Assembly: GCA_016176785.1 (NCBI GenBank) | Contig: JACOWN010000005.1 | Span: 1,202-65,201, forward strand | Direction of reading: 5' to 3' | Source of the DNA: Parcubacteria group bacterium | Lineage (GTDB): Bacteria; Patescibacteriota; Minisyncoccia; Phycocordibacterales; UBA2135 | DNA: 64,000 nt | In this document: in pieces, positions 63,707 to 64,000 of the stretch | Layout of the letters: each line of letters starts with the position of its first letter | How positions within the stretch are numbered: the stretch's first letter is position 1 | Made by a program: the position numbers and the translations under genes | Notes under the pieces: model-generated | Told to the model about the DNA's origin: nothing | Seen by the model: the letters and a program-made list of their open reading frames with translations, nothing else | Databases searched by the model: none

Positions 63707-63830
63707 AGGAAATGACGAGAGGGCTCGCGGCGACTATGCCAGCGTGCCCTTTCATTTGGGTTCTTGCGGAGGAGCCCTCACGCGAGAACCCAAATATGAG
63801 GGTGCGCAAGATTGAAAAATAAGCGTTTTG
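63707..63830 (+). ncRNA. Candidate structured leader/riboregulator downstream of the promoter (stem GGGTTCTTGCG/CGCGAGAACCC with loop-to-upstream pseudoknot GAGGGCTC/GAGCCCTC)
   Basis: Complementarities read directly: 63754-63764 pairs with 63779-63789, and 63717-63724 pairs with 63770-63777. Followed by AAATATGAGGGTGCGCAAG and an 8-codon mini-ORF. Continues beyond the window. Confidence 0.3.
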
Positions 63831-64000
63831 CGGCATTACAACAGCACGCGGGGCACAGAGGAATATCCTCCCCATAAAACAAAAGGCCCGTACAGCGTGC
63901 AAAAGCCGAAAAATCCTTATTTTACAAATGAAACGCACCCCGGAGAAGAGGTCGAGCATTACGAGTGTTCATAATTGCCGTTCTTTGAGTAATTTCATAG

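Noticed and set aside
63705-63959. 84-aa minus-strand ORF at the window end
   Set aside because: It is antisense to the promoter-driven structured leader. It has no SD, and lies in an AT-rich intergenic region.

Overview
This is a high-GC (~60%) bacterial chromosome window. Its gene repertoire and spacing are compatible with a Patescibacteria/CPR-like small-genome lineage, but that is only an inference from gene content.

Core genes carried, in window order:
- pyrB (5' partial), rpsT, ruvA, a Mur ligase
- a SpoU methyltransferase, tRNA-Lys, holA, polA, tsaE
- an orphan pilB/gspE ATPase
- ruvB, a yebC-like gene and ruvC
- tyrS, a class A PBP
- the dnaN<-dnaA / rpmH-rnpA-yidD-yidC-jag origin region
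- ksgA, pcrA, a LysM/M23 peptidase, polX, comM, a dksA/traR-like gene
- rpsO-(NYN)-pnp, xerD-like, a NUDIX gene, cca, a ClpP-like gene
- tRNA-Arg, tRNA-Gly and tRNA-Pro

Two accessory regions stand out.
- Between 25.6 and 37.6 kb there is a ~11 kb minus-strand type-IV-secretion-like locus. It holds a PrgI/VirB3-like protein, a VirB4 ATPase split by one in-frame stop, a VirB6-like polytopic protein, a candidate pilin with DEFGD repeats and several secreted proteins. A low-GC 'four-helix-bundle' cassette flanked by hairpins sits inside it.
- Between 55.8 and 61.2 kb there is a low-GC integration hotspot spanning three tRNA genes. At tRNA-Gly there is a tandem array of three single-gene cassettes, each bounded by a copy of the tRNA-Gly 3' end and conserved ~110-250 bp GGTTCTAAC-containing arm repeats. 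At tRNA-Pro there is a 130-bp solo remnant of the same repeat family flanked by an 18-bp duplication of the tRNA 3' end. After tRNA-Arg there are ~58-bp direct repeats. A YraN-like gene sits in a region saturated with CACGTG-centred palindromes.

Other noteworthy sites:
- three tandem perfect DnaA boxes 16 kb from dnaA
- a 26-bp perfect inverted repeat bracketing 121 nt (ncRNA or MITE candidate) between pilB and ruvB
- inverted palindromes in the pnp leader
- a consensus promoter followed by a pseudoknot-capable leader at the window end

No CRISPR array or rRNA was found. ORF-track coordinates were trusted; a ±1 nt uncertainty exists near 30.68 kb in my own reading.
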